Shown piece after piece: positions 50,063-59,190 of a stretch of DNA of 64,000 nt. The notes under the pieces were generated by a model. That model was not told where the DNA came from, did no database searches, and was given only the letters and a program-made list of their open reading frames with translations. Source of the stretch: Candidatus Bathyarchaeum tardum (GTDB lineage Archaea; Thermoproteota; Bathyarchaeia; Bathyarchaeales; Bathyarchaeaceae); the NCBI GenBank assembly GCA_024650005.2, contig CP122380.1, forward strand, positions 1,248,001-1,312,000, read 5' to 3'. Positions within the stretch are counted from its first letter, which is position 1; each line of letters opens with the position of its first letter. The position numbers and the translations under genes were made by a program.

Positions 50063-50536
50063 GTTTCAAGAAAAAAACACATTTGGGAGACTAATTTTAA
50101 ATCATATAAATAAAGTAAAAAAACCAACGTAGGAGCTTACTAGCATCAACTGGGAAACGCAGGCGATTCCCCTACTGTGTATATGTTTTTCCCGAAAAGG
50201 CAATAACTGAAAACACCCAACAATTTTTTAACAATTCTCGTTGCACAAGTCCATGAAATGTGCAGATACAGAGATCTAGTAACAGTGAATTAAACAGAAA
50301 ACAAGTTATTAAATAGTTTAATTAAAAAACATGAAACATTTACTGCAAAAAATGTTCATTTTCGTTGAAGCATTTATTGATTTATCTTGACATATATCAT
50401 GGCTCGAATTAAGCAATATATTCGCTTCAGCATAATGTGGCGTAAAACAACGGGTAGGAAAGATTTGGGTGAACAAAAGTCAATATAATTTATCTCAAAA
50501 ATTGTTAGCTCAACCAAAAAACCAGAGGCAACGTTT

Positions 50537-50782
50537 TTGAGCAAAAAACAACTTTTGAAGGACCCATTATTCGTATTAGAAAAATTTCATCCGTTAGCGT
50601 TACTTGTCGCCTGTAGCTTGCTAATTTTAATGATTGAAAAAACGTGTGCTGACGTTACCTTGCTGGAAAAAACATTGTTTCTAATCCTTGCAGGCCCCTT
50701 GTATGTTATTGACATAACCTTTGAATCGTGGAGAATTGCCAACCTGCAAACAACAGATAAAATAAACAAAATCAGGTCTTAA
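50537..50782 (+). CDS. Small membrane hypothetical protein
   Basis: GAGG RBS, TTG start, two hydrophobic segments. Confidence 0.45.
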   Translation: MSKKQLLKDPLFVLEKFHPLALLVACSLLILMIEKTCADVTLLEKTLFLILAGPLYVIDITFESWRIANLQTTDKINKIRS

Positions 50783-51092
50783 CTTTCATTGCCTTTTCAT
50801 ATTTTTTTTAATAAAAGAAAAACTTCGGAAAACTCATTTGTTTCAAAATTTTATCATCGTCCAACTTTTGATAACGCACTTACCATCCAAAAAAAGTGAA
50901 AAACGACATAAAAACGGAAGAAAGGAATGGTACACAGGACGCAAAAACTCAAATTGGAAGGAAAACGGTCAAACTATTATCTGGCACTGGTTTCCTGTGT
51001 ACATTCACGTAGTTATTTCATGTCATGCTTTGAAAATATTTCCACCATAAACTATTGTGAAATAATTAGAAAATAAAGTTGTGCAGGGAGAA

Positions 51093-51317
51093 TGGTGGGG
51101 CCGGCCGGAATTGAACCGACGACCTTTACCCGAAACAGATCATTTTCTGCCTCTACGGGTTTCTCCTCGCTCCAGAATTTCGTCATCCCATATTCTGGTC
51201 AGCAAACCCATTGCTTGTTTCTGGAGCCCTTAACGGTTGATACCGCTGCCGGTACGACTGTCGTCATCCCTTTCTAGCGCCAAGTCAGCAGACAAGGCGT
51301 GGCTAGACTACGGCCCC
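51093..51317 (-). tRNA. tRNA-Trp(CCA) with four introns
   Basis: Exons 51317-51301, 51271-51260, 51229-51221, 51160-51155 and 51125-51093 join into a 77-nt cloverleaf; each junction has a 4-bp helix flanked by 3-nt bulges. Confidence 0.9.
51161..51220 (-). ncRNA. tRNA-Trp intron-encoded box C/D guide RNA
   Basis: ATGGGTTTG-CTGA (D') and GGATGAC (C') boxes; TTCTGGAGC is complementary to the tRNA anticodon loop. Terminal boxes are degenerate. Confidence 0.7.
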
Positions 51318-51419
51318 ACATCCAACACATTTTAACGGTTTCCAATATATACGTTTCTTGAACAACAGGTAAGCAACAAGCGAAACATTAAAAAAGCAAG
51401 AGTGTAGTAGGAAGGAAGG

Positions 51420-51536
51420 TTGCCGGCCATAGGGCGTGGGTTCCACCTGATCTCATTCCGAACTCAGAAGTTAAACCACGCTCCGTTCATGGCGCTAGTG
51501 TGGTCTTCGGCCACGTGAAACCAAGAAAGCTGGCAA
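51420..51536 (+). rRNA. rrf: 5S rRNA (stand-alone)
   Basis: GGCCATAG...CACCTGATCTCATTCCGAACTCAGAAGTTAAAC; terminal helix TTGCCGGC/GCTGGCAA; T-run follows. Confidence 0.93.
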
Positions 51537-51717
51537 TCACTTTTAATTTTCATAATATGTGTAACTTTTTTTCTAACTCACGTTAACACGTTATTTTCAA
51601 CATTATCCGGTTTGAAAGACCAACGTTGAAACTTTTGTAATACTTATGATAAAACAGTGTCTTGAAAATACTCAAAATTTATTACCAACTGTGTTGTCTT
51701 TGAGGATGTGAATATTT

Positions 51718-52839
51718 ATGGTTCCCCAACTTGCAGGAATATTATCTGGCGGGGATAATGCGCTTACTTGGATTTTCCAGTTTGGTTACATTATCGTCTT
51801 TGTTATTTTCATGTTTTACAGCCAACGAATACAAATGATGGTCATGATCAGAGACGTAGAAACCCAACTGAGACGACTCAAAATTATTAAAGAAAATGGT
51901 CGAAAAGTAGCCATAGAAACGCTTAAAGATATAGGTAAACCTGTTGGAGACCCAACAGAAAGAATTGATCAATTCATGGAATACATAGCCATAAGTCCAC
52001 AAAACATGGACCCATCAGGCATAGTCTGGAAACTAGAGCACATCCTTGACGTTAGAGACACTCGATTCAAGGACGAAGTAAAAATGATGGCTCCCGAAGC
52101 AGATGAAACTCAACTAAACAACATTGAAAACACCTTGGAAGCAGCGATGGCTTTACACATGATTTTCAAAATTATTCGTCACTTCTACTTGTTAGGCAAA
52201 AAAACAATGAGCTTGTATGTTATTATGCAAGTGCAGATGGTATTACCCATTATTATGAAGCAAGCAGAAGCATACGCTCAAGCGTTACATGCGTTCTCTG
52301 TTGGTCAGCCTATCGGCGATGGTGTTGGACCTTTGGTAGCAGCTAAACTCATGCAAGGTTATGAAGCAAGAGACATAGCACGAGACGTAGTTGTAGCTGA
52401 AGTTCCCATAGAAGGTCGAACCGTTTTTGTCTTGAAAGCTAAAGGCCCTGGCGGGAATGTTGGAAAACCTGGAGACGGAATAACTGAAATCATCAAAGAG
52501 AAAAAGGGCAAAATTGCAACAGTTATTATGGTTGATGCTGCTCTGAAACTTGAAGGCGAAAAATCAGGTGATGTAGCAGAAGGCATAGGTGCAGCTATTG
52601 GAGGACCTGGAGTGGAAGCTTTTAAGATTGAAGAATCAATACTTAAACACAAAATTCCATTGAATGCGGTAATTGTCAAGCAAGACCTTAATGATGCTGT
52701 GTCTCCAATGCGAAAAGAAATTTTCGAGGCAGCTGACCCAGTTATTGACCGAATTAAACGTTTGATTAAGGAACGAACCAAAGAAGGCGATAACGTGATT
52801 ATTGCAGGAATTGGCAACACTATAGGTGTAGGACAATAG
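51718..52839 (+). CDS. DUF1512 family protein
   Basis: P..MDP.G, PIGDGVGPL, GPGG.VGKPG, DAALKLEGE..G.VAEG.G, G.GNT.GV.Q. Confidence 0.85.
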   Translation: MVPQLAGILSGGDNALTWIFQFGYIIVFVIFMFYSQRIQMMVMIRDVETQLRRLKIIKENGRKVAIETLKDIGKPVGDPTERIDQFMEYIAISPQNMDPSGIVWKLEHILDVRDTRFKDEVKMMAPEADETQLNNIENTLEAAMALHMIFKIIRHFYLLGKKTMSLYVIMQVQMVLPIIMKQAEAYAQALHAFSVGQPIGDGVGPLVAAKLMQGYEARDIARDVVVAEVPIEGRTVFVLKAKGPGGNVGKPGDGITEIIKEKKGKIATVIMVDAALKLEGEKSGDVAEGIGAAIGGPGVEAFKIEESILKHKIPLNAVIVKQDLNDAVSPMRKEIFEAADPVIDRIKRLIKERTKEGDNVIIAGIGNTIGVGQ

Positions 52840-52849
52840 GTGAATAAAG

Positions 52850-53245
52850 ATGACTAATGAAGTTAACAAAGCTCGAGGAATTTCTCCTTTCTATCTCGCA
52901 TTACTGCTGATAGCATTTATTTTATCGTTAACTGCACTTTACATAGCATTTCAAGAAATAATTACACAATCAGAAGCTTTAGATGCATATTCATTCTTGG
53001 CCATTGGTCTAGGAGGATTGGCTTTTTCAGTATACATGTTATTCCAGACACGTTCAAAACCTTCACAAGCAATCATTGAAGTCCCCCGAGTATTAACAAC
53101 CCTTGAATGTCCAAAATGTGATTTCAAAAACATCCGTGACTTCCAACGAGAAGATTTCATCTTCAAGAAAGCAGGCAACTGTCAGAAATGCAATGAACCT
53201 ATGACCATAACGGCTATCTATCGTGAACCAAAGAAAAAAGAATAG
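52850..53245 (+). CDS. Two-TM protein with C-terminal zinc ribbon
   Basis: CPKC..R.F...D..F....CQKC...M.I..IY.E. Confidence 0.75.
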   Translation: MTNEVNKARGISPFYLALLLIAFILSLTALYIAFQEIITQSEALDAYSFLAIGLGGLAFSVYMLFQTRSKPSQAIIEVPRVLTTLECPKCDFKNIRDFQREDFIFKKAGNCQKCNEPMTITAIYREPKKKE

Positions 53246-53248
53246 AAA

Positions 53249-54157
53249 TTATGTTAAGATGGTACAACCATCTTTCTCAATCAGAATTGTGTATTCTGCT
53301 TGAGCCACTGTTTTTTTACTAGCTTCAACAAAAACAGGATATCCCATCACTGCTTTAGATTTGAGTAGTTCCGAAAATGCACTTCTGTAACTGTCAGATG
53401 AAGCAAAATTTGTTAACCAACGTTCTGTGAAGGGCAAGGTTAAGAAATTTTGTTTGATATAACTTAACATCTTTTTTGCATAAGGATTTTTTAGTGATTT
53501 GTTTTTTTGGAAACGAAAAATGCATTCTTGTTTTATGTTTTCTACTCGTGCAGTGGCACTTGTAACTGTTACGAAAGGTTCAACGCCGTAGATTTCGCCC
53601 TCTTTTATTCTTGATGTTGAAAGGTTAAAGGAGTTAGGCAACGATTTTCCTGCATGAATTATGTAACGTCGAATTAAGTGCCCTGTGAGGTTTGAAATGG
53701 GTTTGTAGCCTCGTGTTTTGATTGATTTTTGAATTTCGGAACCAAAACGAGTTATCGATAATCCTGGACGCAGAATTTCCACAGCATGTGCAAGGGCTTG
53801 TTCAGCGGTGTCAACCATGTCGTCGTATTCGGGGTCAAAACAGATTGTTGTTGCAGTATCTGCGATGTAACCATCAACATGAACGCCAATGTCAACTTTG
53901 ACTACTGCTTTTTCAGGTATTGTTTGTTCATCCCCAGGAGGTGAGGTGTAATGTGCAGCCACATCGTTAATTGAAACATTACAGGGGAATGCTGGTTTTC
54001 CTCCTTTTTGACGGGTCATGCCTTCGACTTTTTCACAGACATCGATTATTGGCATTCCTTCTTTGACGGTTTTTCTGATTTCTAGACGTACTTCTCGGGC
54101 GATTTTTCCTGCGCATCGATATTTTTTTAATTCTTCTTCTGGGACTGACATGAACAT
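53249..54157 (-). CDS. map: Methionine aminopeptidase, type II
   Basis: AFPCN, AAHY, D.GVHVDGYIAD, NLTGH, EPF. Confidence 0.95.
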   Translation of the reverse strand: MFMSVPEEELKKYRCAGKIAREVRLEIRKTVKEGMPIIDVCEKVEGMTRQKGGKPAFPCNVSINDVAAHYTSPPGDEQTIPEKAVVKVDIGVHVDGYIADTATTICFDPEYDDMVDTAEQALAHAVEILRPGLSITRFGSEIQKSIKTRGYKPISNLTGHLIRRYIIHAGKSLPNSFNLSTSRIKEGEIYGVEPFVTVTSATARVENIKQECIFRFQKNKSLKNPYAKKMLSYIKQNFLTLPFTERWLTNFASSDSYRSAFSELLKSKAVMGYPVFVEASKKTVAQAEYTILIEKDGCTILT

Positions 54158-54279
54158 ACCTTGCTTCTTTTACATATTTTTTCGAGAGTTAAAAGAGTTA
54201 AGGAAACATCTTGGGTTATAACTTGTGGGTATGTGTTTCGAAAACCTTTAAACATGTAAATCCCACGGTTTAGCAAAGG

Positions 54280-55404
54280 TTGTCGCGAAATTTGACTGCT
54301 GCAGATGAAGAAAAAGACGTTCTTGACCCTTGGGGAACAACGGTAATTAAAGATTACAATCACTTATACGAAGAATTTGGTATACAAAAATTTGATGAAT
54401 TTAGATGCCAAATTCCTAGCCCTAATGTGTACATGCGAAGGGGAGTAATTTTTGGTCACCGAGACTTTGGTCGCATATTGCATTCTATGAAAGAGGGAAA
54501 CGAGTTTGCAGTAATGAGTGGAATTAAACCCACTGGGGAATTCCATTTAGGAACTCTCATGACCGCCAAAGAAATCATCTATTTTCAGCAACAAGGAGCC
54601 CAAGCGTTCTATGCTATCGCTGACATAGAAGCATACGAAGACAACCGACTGCCCTTTGACGAAACAGAAAAAATCGCAGTAGGGAATGTTGCAGATTTGC
54701 TGGCTTTAGGTTTTGACCCCAAAAAAGGGCACATATACAGGCAATATAAAGAACAACGGGTTCGAAACTTGGCGGTTCATTTTGGTGCAGGAGTAACCCT
54801 AGCAACCATGAAAGCAATTTATGGTGAACGCCATATTGGTCTTTATCTTTCTGCACTTATTCAAGCAGGAGACATTCTTTTGCCTCAACACAAAGATTTT
54901 GGTGGACCCAAACCAACAGTTGTTCCAGTAGGAGTAGACCAAGATGCTCATCTGCGCTTGACACGTGATTTGGCTAACAAGTTCCGTAAACAATTCAAGT
55001 TCATGCCTCCATCTTCAACGTATCACAAAATTTTGAAAGGTTTAGACGGTTCCCCAAAAATGTCTAAACGCAACCCTATGAGTTACTTTACTTTGAATGA
55101 AACACCAAAAGCAATCGGCAAAAAGATTGCAAGCGCCTTTACTGGAGGACGGGCAACTGTAGAAGAACAAAAGGATCTTGGGGGCATTCCTGAAATTTGT
55201 CCAATCTATGAAATTGAAATGTGCCATTTTGTTGAAGACGATAAAGAAGTCTGTGAAACTTACAAGTGCTGCAAATGTGGAAGCTTGCTTTGTGGGGAAC
55301 ATAAAGCTAAAACAAAACAGATTGTCATGAAGTTCGTTGAAGAACATCAAAGAAAACGAGAAAAACTTGTTGACACCGCAAGAGAAATCCTAGGAGTTAA
55401 CTAA
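54280..55404 (+). CDS. trpS: Tryptophan--tRNA ligase
   Basis: RRG..FGHRD, P.GEFHLG, Q.GDIL, PVG.DQD.H.RL.RD, KMSK, A.TGG, CGEHK. Confidence 0.95.
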   Translation: MSRNLTAADEEKDVLDPWGTTVIKDYNHLYEEFGIQKFDEFRCQIPSPNVYMRRGVIFGHRDFGRILHSMKEGNEFAVMSGIKPTGEFHLGTLMTAKEIIYFQQQGAQAFYAIADIEAYEDNRLPFDETEKIAVGNVADLLALGFDPKKGHIYRQYKEQRVRNLAVHFGAGVTLATMKAIYGERHIGLYLSALIQAGDILLPQHKDFGGPKPTVVPVGVDQDAHLRLTRDLANKFRKQFKFMPPSSTYHKILKGLDGSPKMSKRNPMSYFTLNETPKAIGKKIASAFTGGRATVEEQKDLGGIPEICPIYEIEMCHFVEDDKEVCETYKCCKCGSLLCGEHKAKTKQIVMKFVEEHQRKREKLVDTAREILGVN

Positions 55405-55487
55405 ACAAACATTTTTTTGTTGAAACCTTAAATTTGGTTTTGTTATAAACCTTTAACCAAAATCTGTTACCTGTTATAACTGGGGAT

Positions 55488-57008
55488 GTGGAGGCAAAAT
55501 TGGTGCCTGAACTTCGGGAAAATGAACAAAAAACATTGCTTGCGCTTGAAGAACTCAATGGGAAAGCGCCCGTACAAGAAATAGTTAAAGAAGCGGGCTT
55601 GGCTCACGCCGCAGTTATGAGGGGTGTACTTTCTCTTGAAGAAAACAACTTGATTGTAACCCATGAACAAAAACAAACTTTAATTTCAGTAACTGAAGAA
55701 GGCTGTTTCCACGCAAAAAATGAACTTCCCGAACGCCGATTGCTAAATGCTGTAGAAAAATTTGGGGGTGAAGCCCCAGTTAATGCAGTTGTTGAAGAGT
55801 CAGGTCTAGAAAAAAGATTCATGTCTGTTGCTTTGGGTTGGCTTAATCGAAAAAAATGGGCAATTATTAATCAAGGAAAGTTAACAGCTTTACAGAAACC
55901 GTCAGTTGGATCAGACGAACAACTTCTAAAGCTTTTGATAAAAAACACTCCTTTAGTTCTGGAAGAACTAGATCCAAAAATTCAAAACAGCATATCGGTT
56001 CTTAAAGGCAGGGGACTGATCGAAGTTGAAGAAAAAACTAATCGAACTTTAGAATTAACTGAAGCGGGCTGGGCGTTAGTCAAAAAAGGGATTACAGTCC
56101 AGCAAGAAATCAGCCAGTTAACTCCTGAACTTATACGAACAGGTAATTGGCGAAATGTAAAGCTGCGACGTTTTGATGTAACAGCTCCTGGACCGGTAAT
56201 TTACCCGGGTAAGATTCATCCAGTTCAGCAGGTAATTCAGGAAGTTAAAGAAATTTTCTTAGAAATGGGCTTTACAGAAATCAGGGGTGACATGGTTGAA
56301 ACAGCTTTTTGGAACTTTGACGCCCTGTTCCAGCCTCAAGACCATCCAGCACGGGACATGGTAGATACTTTCTATTTGTCTGACCCCAAAGAAGGAAAGT
56401 TGCCCAAAAAATCAATAGTTGACGGAGTTAAGCAGACACACGAGAACGGTTGGGTTACTGGTTCCCGGGGTTGGGAATACAAATGGAGCCCAGAAGAAGC
56501 AAAGAAACTTGTGCTTCGAACACATACCACAGCGACTACTATTCGTTATTTAACTGAACACCAAGAACCCCCAGTGAAAGTTTTTTCAGTTGACCGGGTT
56601 TACCGCAACGAAAAATTGGATTACAAACATTTAGCAGAATTTCATCAAATTGAAGGCATAATCATGGACCGCAAAGTCACCATACGTGACCTTATGGGAA
56701 CTTTAAAAGAGTTTTATCAAAAGCTTGGTCTAGAAAAGGTGCAGTTTTGGCCCAGTTATTTTCCGTACACTGAGCCTTCATTACAGTCTACTGTTTATGT
56801 TCCAGAACTAAACAACTGGGTTGAACTTTGTGGAATGGGTATCTTTCGTCCAGAAGTTTTGGCACCTCTTGGGGTGAAACATCCAGTTTTAGCGTGGGGT
56901 GGAGGCTTGGAACGCTTGATTTTGTTGAAAATGGGCATTGAGGACATCCGGTTGTTATACAAGAACGATTTAGGTTGGATAAGGAGGACCCCAACATGCC
57001 AACAATAA
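55488..57008 (+). CDS. pheS: Phenylalanine--tRNA ligase alpha subunit
   Basis: FWNFDALFQPQDHPARD, LRTHTT, YRNE, EFHQIEG, YFPYTEPS, GLERL. Confidence 0.97.
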   Translation: MEAKLVPELRENEQKTLLALEELNGKAPVQEIVKEAGLAHAAVMRGVLSLEENNLIVTHEQKQTLISVTEEGCFHAKNELPERRLLNAVEKFGGEAPVNAVVEESGLEKRFMSVALGWLNRKKWAIINQGKLTALQKPSVGSDEQLLKLLIKNTPLVLEELDPKIQNSISVLKGRGLIEVEEKTNRTLELTEAGWALVKKGITVQQEISQLTPELIRTGNWRNVKLRRFDVTAPGPVIYPGKIHPVQQVIQEVKEIFLEMGFTEIRGDMVETAFWNFDALFQPQDHPARDMVDTFYLSDPKEGKLPKKSIVDGVKQTHENGWVTGSRGWEYKWSPEEAKKLVLRTHTTATTIRYLTEHQEPPVKVFSVDRVYRNEKLDYKHLAEFHQIEGIIMDRKVTIRDLMGTLKEFYQKLGLEKVQFWPSYFPYTEPSLQSTVYVPELNNWVELCGMGIFRPEVLAPLGVKHPVLAWGGGLERLILLKMGIEDIRLLYKNDLGWIRRTPTCQQ

Positions 57009-58663
57009 ACCTAGACAAAAATCTATTTTCGTCATATGTTGGACGTGACATGTCCGTGGAAGAAATGGCTAAATGGCTCCCATGGCTGGGAACTGACATC
57101 GAAGATGTGGGAAAAGATTACGTTAAAATTGAATATAACCCCAATCGGGTAGATTTTTCTAGTTGCATTGGAGTTGCCCGAGCCTTTTGTGGATTAATGG
57201 ATTGGAAAACAGGCATGCCAAAATATGCTGTAAAACAAGGAGACATCATTCTTAAAGTGGATAAAAGTGTGGCAGATGTGAGACCGTTTATTGTTGGGGC
57301 AACTGTACAGGGGCTAGACATTGATTCTAATACTATTCGTGAACTTATGGAACTGCAAGAAGCTTTGCATTGGATGATTGGTAGAGACCGCAAAAAAGCG
57401 TCAATAGGAGTTCACAAACTAGATACTGTTGAGCCTCCCTTTAGTTATGTTACTTGCACGCCAGACGGAGTAAAGTTTGTACCCTTAGATAAAACTGAAA
57501 AAATGACTCCCCAGCAAGTTTTAGAAAAGCATGAAAAAGGAATAACATACAAAAGCCATGTTGAAGGGGCTTCACGGTATCCTTTGGTTGTTGATAGTAA
57601 AGGGCAGATTCTGTCTTTTCCTCCAATAATTAACGGAGAATTAACAAAAGTCGATGAAAACACTCAAGATCTTTTCATTGAAGTCACTGGAACTGACATT
57701 AACGCAGTTCAGCGAAGCTTGAATGTTTTAGTTTCTGCTCTGGCGGACATGGGCGGAATTGTAGAAACTGTTCGAGTTGAATATTCTGACCAAGTCTTGG
57801 TTACTCCAGACCTTAATCCTCAGCAAATGAAACTTAACGTAGCCTTTTCCAATGAACGATTGGGTCTAGATTTTTCAGAAAAACAAACAATACTGGCTTT
57901 GAAAAAGGCGCGGCTGGACGCAAAAACTGTTGGAAATGGAGTTTTGGAAGTTTTGGTTCCAGCGTATAGAACAGATATACTACATGAGATTGATTTGGTT
58001 GAAGAGGTTGCAATCGGTTATGGTGTTTTCAGATTAGAGCCAACTAAACCTGCAACAGTTACTACTGGAAAAAAACATAAGGTAACTAAAGTTGCAGATG
58101 CAATTAGGCAGATACTAATAGGTTTAGGTTTCACTGAAGCCCTAAACTTTGTTTTAACTAACGAAGTTGACCATTACCAGAAAATGAAACAAGAACCAGA
58201 ACAGCTTGTAAAGTTAGCAAATCCTGTTTCTACAGATTATTCCATAATACGAAACGACCTATTGCCCAGTTTAATGAAAAACTTGGCAATTAGTAAACAC
58301 CACGTTTTTCCACAAAAGATGTTTGAAATCTCCGACATAATCAAACTTAACCAAAGCTCTGAAACATACACAGAACGAAGAATCAATCTCGCCGCAGTTT
58401 CATCCCATCCTACAGCAAACTTTACAGAAATGAAATCTTTCCTAGAATCGTTACTAACAAATTTAGGATTCAGCAACTGGACAGTTAAAGAAGCTAATCA
58501 TCCAAGTTTTCTGCAAGGACGGGCAGCAACAATTTCATTCGATAACATGGAATTAGGAATTGTCGGAGAAATTCACCCAGAAGTTTTAAACAACTTCGAC
58601 TTAGAAAACCCCACAGGCGCCTTTGAAATAGACCTACAAAAAGTTATTGAAATTTTCAAGTAA
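56996..58663 (+). CDS. pheT: Phenylalanine--tRNA ligase beta subunit
   Basis: MPTI, NR.D, GR.RKK.SIG.H, SFPPIIN, R.D..H.ID..EE, GEIHP. Confidence 0.96.
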   Translation: MPTINLDKNLFSSYVGRDMSVEEMAKWLPWLGTDIEDVGKDYVKIEYNPNRVDFSSCIGVARAFCGLMDWKTGMPKYAVKQGDIILKVDKSVADVRPFIVGATVQGLDIDSNTIRELMELQEALHWMIGRDRKKASIGVHKLDTVEPPFSYVTCTPDGVKFVPLDKTEKMTPQQVLEKHEKGITYKSHVEGASRYPLVVDSKGQILSFPPIINGELTKVDENTQDLFIEVTGTDINAVQRSLNVLVSALADMGGIVETVRVEYSDQVLVTPDLNPQQMKLNVAFSNERLGLDFSEKQTILALKKARLDAKTVGNGVLEVLVPAYRTDILHEIDLVEEVAIGYGVFRLEPTKPATVTTGKKHKVTKVADAIRQILIGLGFTEALNFVLTNEVDHYQKMKQEPEQLVKLANPVSTDYSIIRNDLLPSLMKNLAISKHHVFPQKMFEISDIIKLNQSSETYTERRINLAAVSSHPTANFTEMKSFLESLLTNLGFSNWTVKEANHPSFLQGRAATISFDNMELGIVGEIHPEVLNNFDLENPTGAFEIDLQKVIEIFK

Positions 58664-58721
58664 TTTTCTAATTAGCAAGTTTTATGTTCAAGGTAACTGT
58701 TTGTTATGTTGCGATGATAGT

Positions 58722-58940
58722 AGGCTGGAGCATAATCCCGCCGGAACCTTATGCGGGCTCACGCCGACGGACTCGACAGAGGATGGTGACTTTCACCTAA
58801 CCGTTGACGAAGGGTTTACCCAGGTGTGGGACACGGTGGGCGCGGGCAAAACTCAACCCACGTTTGAGAGAGCTCATCTGAGAAGAGCGATTGCTCCAAC
58901 TGTGAGGATGAGAGTTAGTTGCGTGGGACACACGCCCGCG
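58722..58940 (+). ncRNA. Multi-hairpin box H/ACA guide RNA (HgcG/Pab40-like)
   Basis: Two hairpins each end in ACA (CTCACGCC/GGTGTGGG-ACA; CCCACGT/GCGTGGG-ACA); K-turn CTGA...TGAGGA; long-range CGCGGGC/GCCCGCG helix; GC-rich. Confidence 0.7.
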
Positions 58941-59016
58941 ATAATAAAAAGTATACATAAAGATTAAATTCTAAGAATTGATTTATTTTCAAAATTTTTG
59001 CTTTTGTGGGTAAAAA

Positions 59017-59138
59017 AGAAATGGGTTTGCTGAGGCTCATGCACAGGCAATTGAGGAATGAAAAAACGAAATTGTATCTACTATTACAGCTTTCGTTATT
59101 TTTCACGTTGTACGTGAGCCATTTTCAGCCCCATTTCT
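59017..59138 (-). ncRNA. Structured element closed by a BHB (copy 2); predicted 97-nt excised RNA at 59123-59027
   Basis: AGAAATGGG-GCTG-AAA-A(T)GGCTCA pairs with TGAGCCT-CAGC-AAA-CCCATTTCT; homologous to 45344-45464. Confidence 0.65.
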
Positions 59139-59156
59139 ACCCATAGTTTTACTCCC

Positions 59157-59178
59157 AAAAAAAGAAAAAAAGGGAGGG
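59157..59178 (-). terminator. Oligo-T terminator after beta-propeller paralog B
   Basis: CCCTCCCTTTTTTTCTTTTTTT on the minus strand. Confidence 0.6.
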
Positions 59179-59190
59179 AAATTGGTGTGG

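Noticed and set aside
50129-50176. GGGAA-ACGCAGGCGA-TTCCC hairpin with GTAGG/CCTAC
   Set aside because: Single short occurrence with no second copy or recognisable motif; insufficient support.
51092-51277. 61-aa ORF MVGPAGIEPTT
   Set aside because: Antisense translation of the tRNA-Trp gene.
58722-58940. RNase P or SRP RNA
   Set aside because: No GAGGAAAGTCC/ACAGAA P4 elements or SRP helix-8 GGAA/AGCA motif on either strand; H/ACA features fit better.
58647-58967. 106-aa ORF
   Set aside because: Overlies the GC-rich ncRNA; no recognisable protein features.
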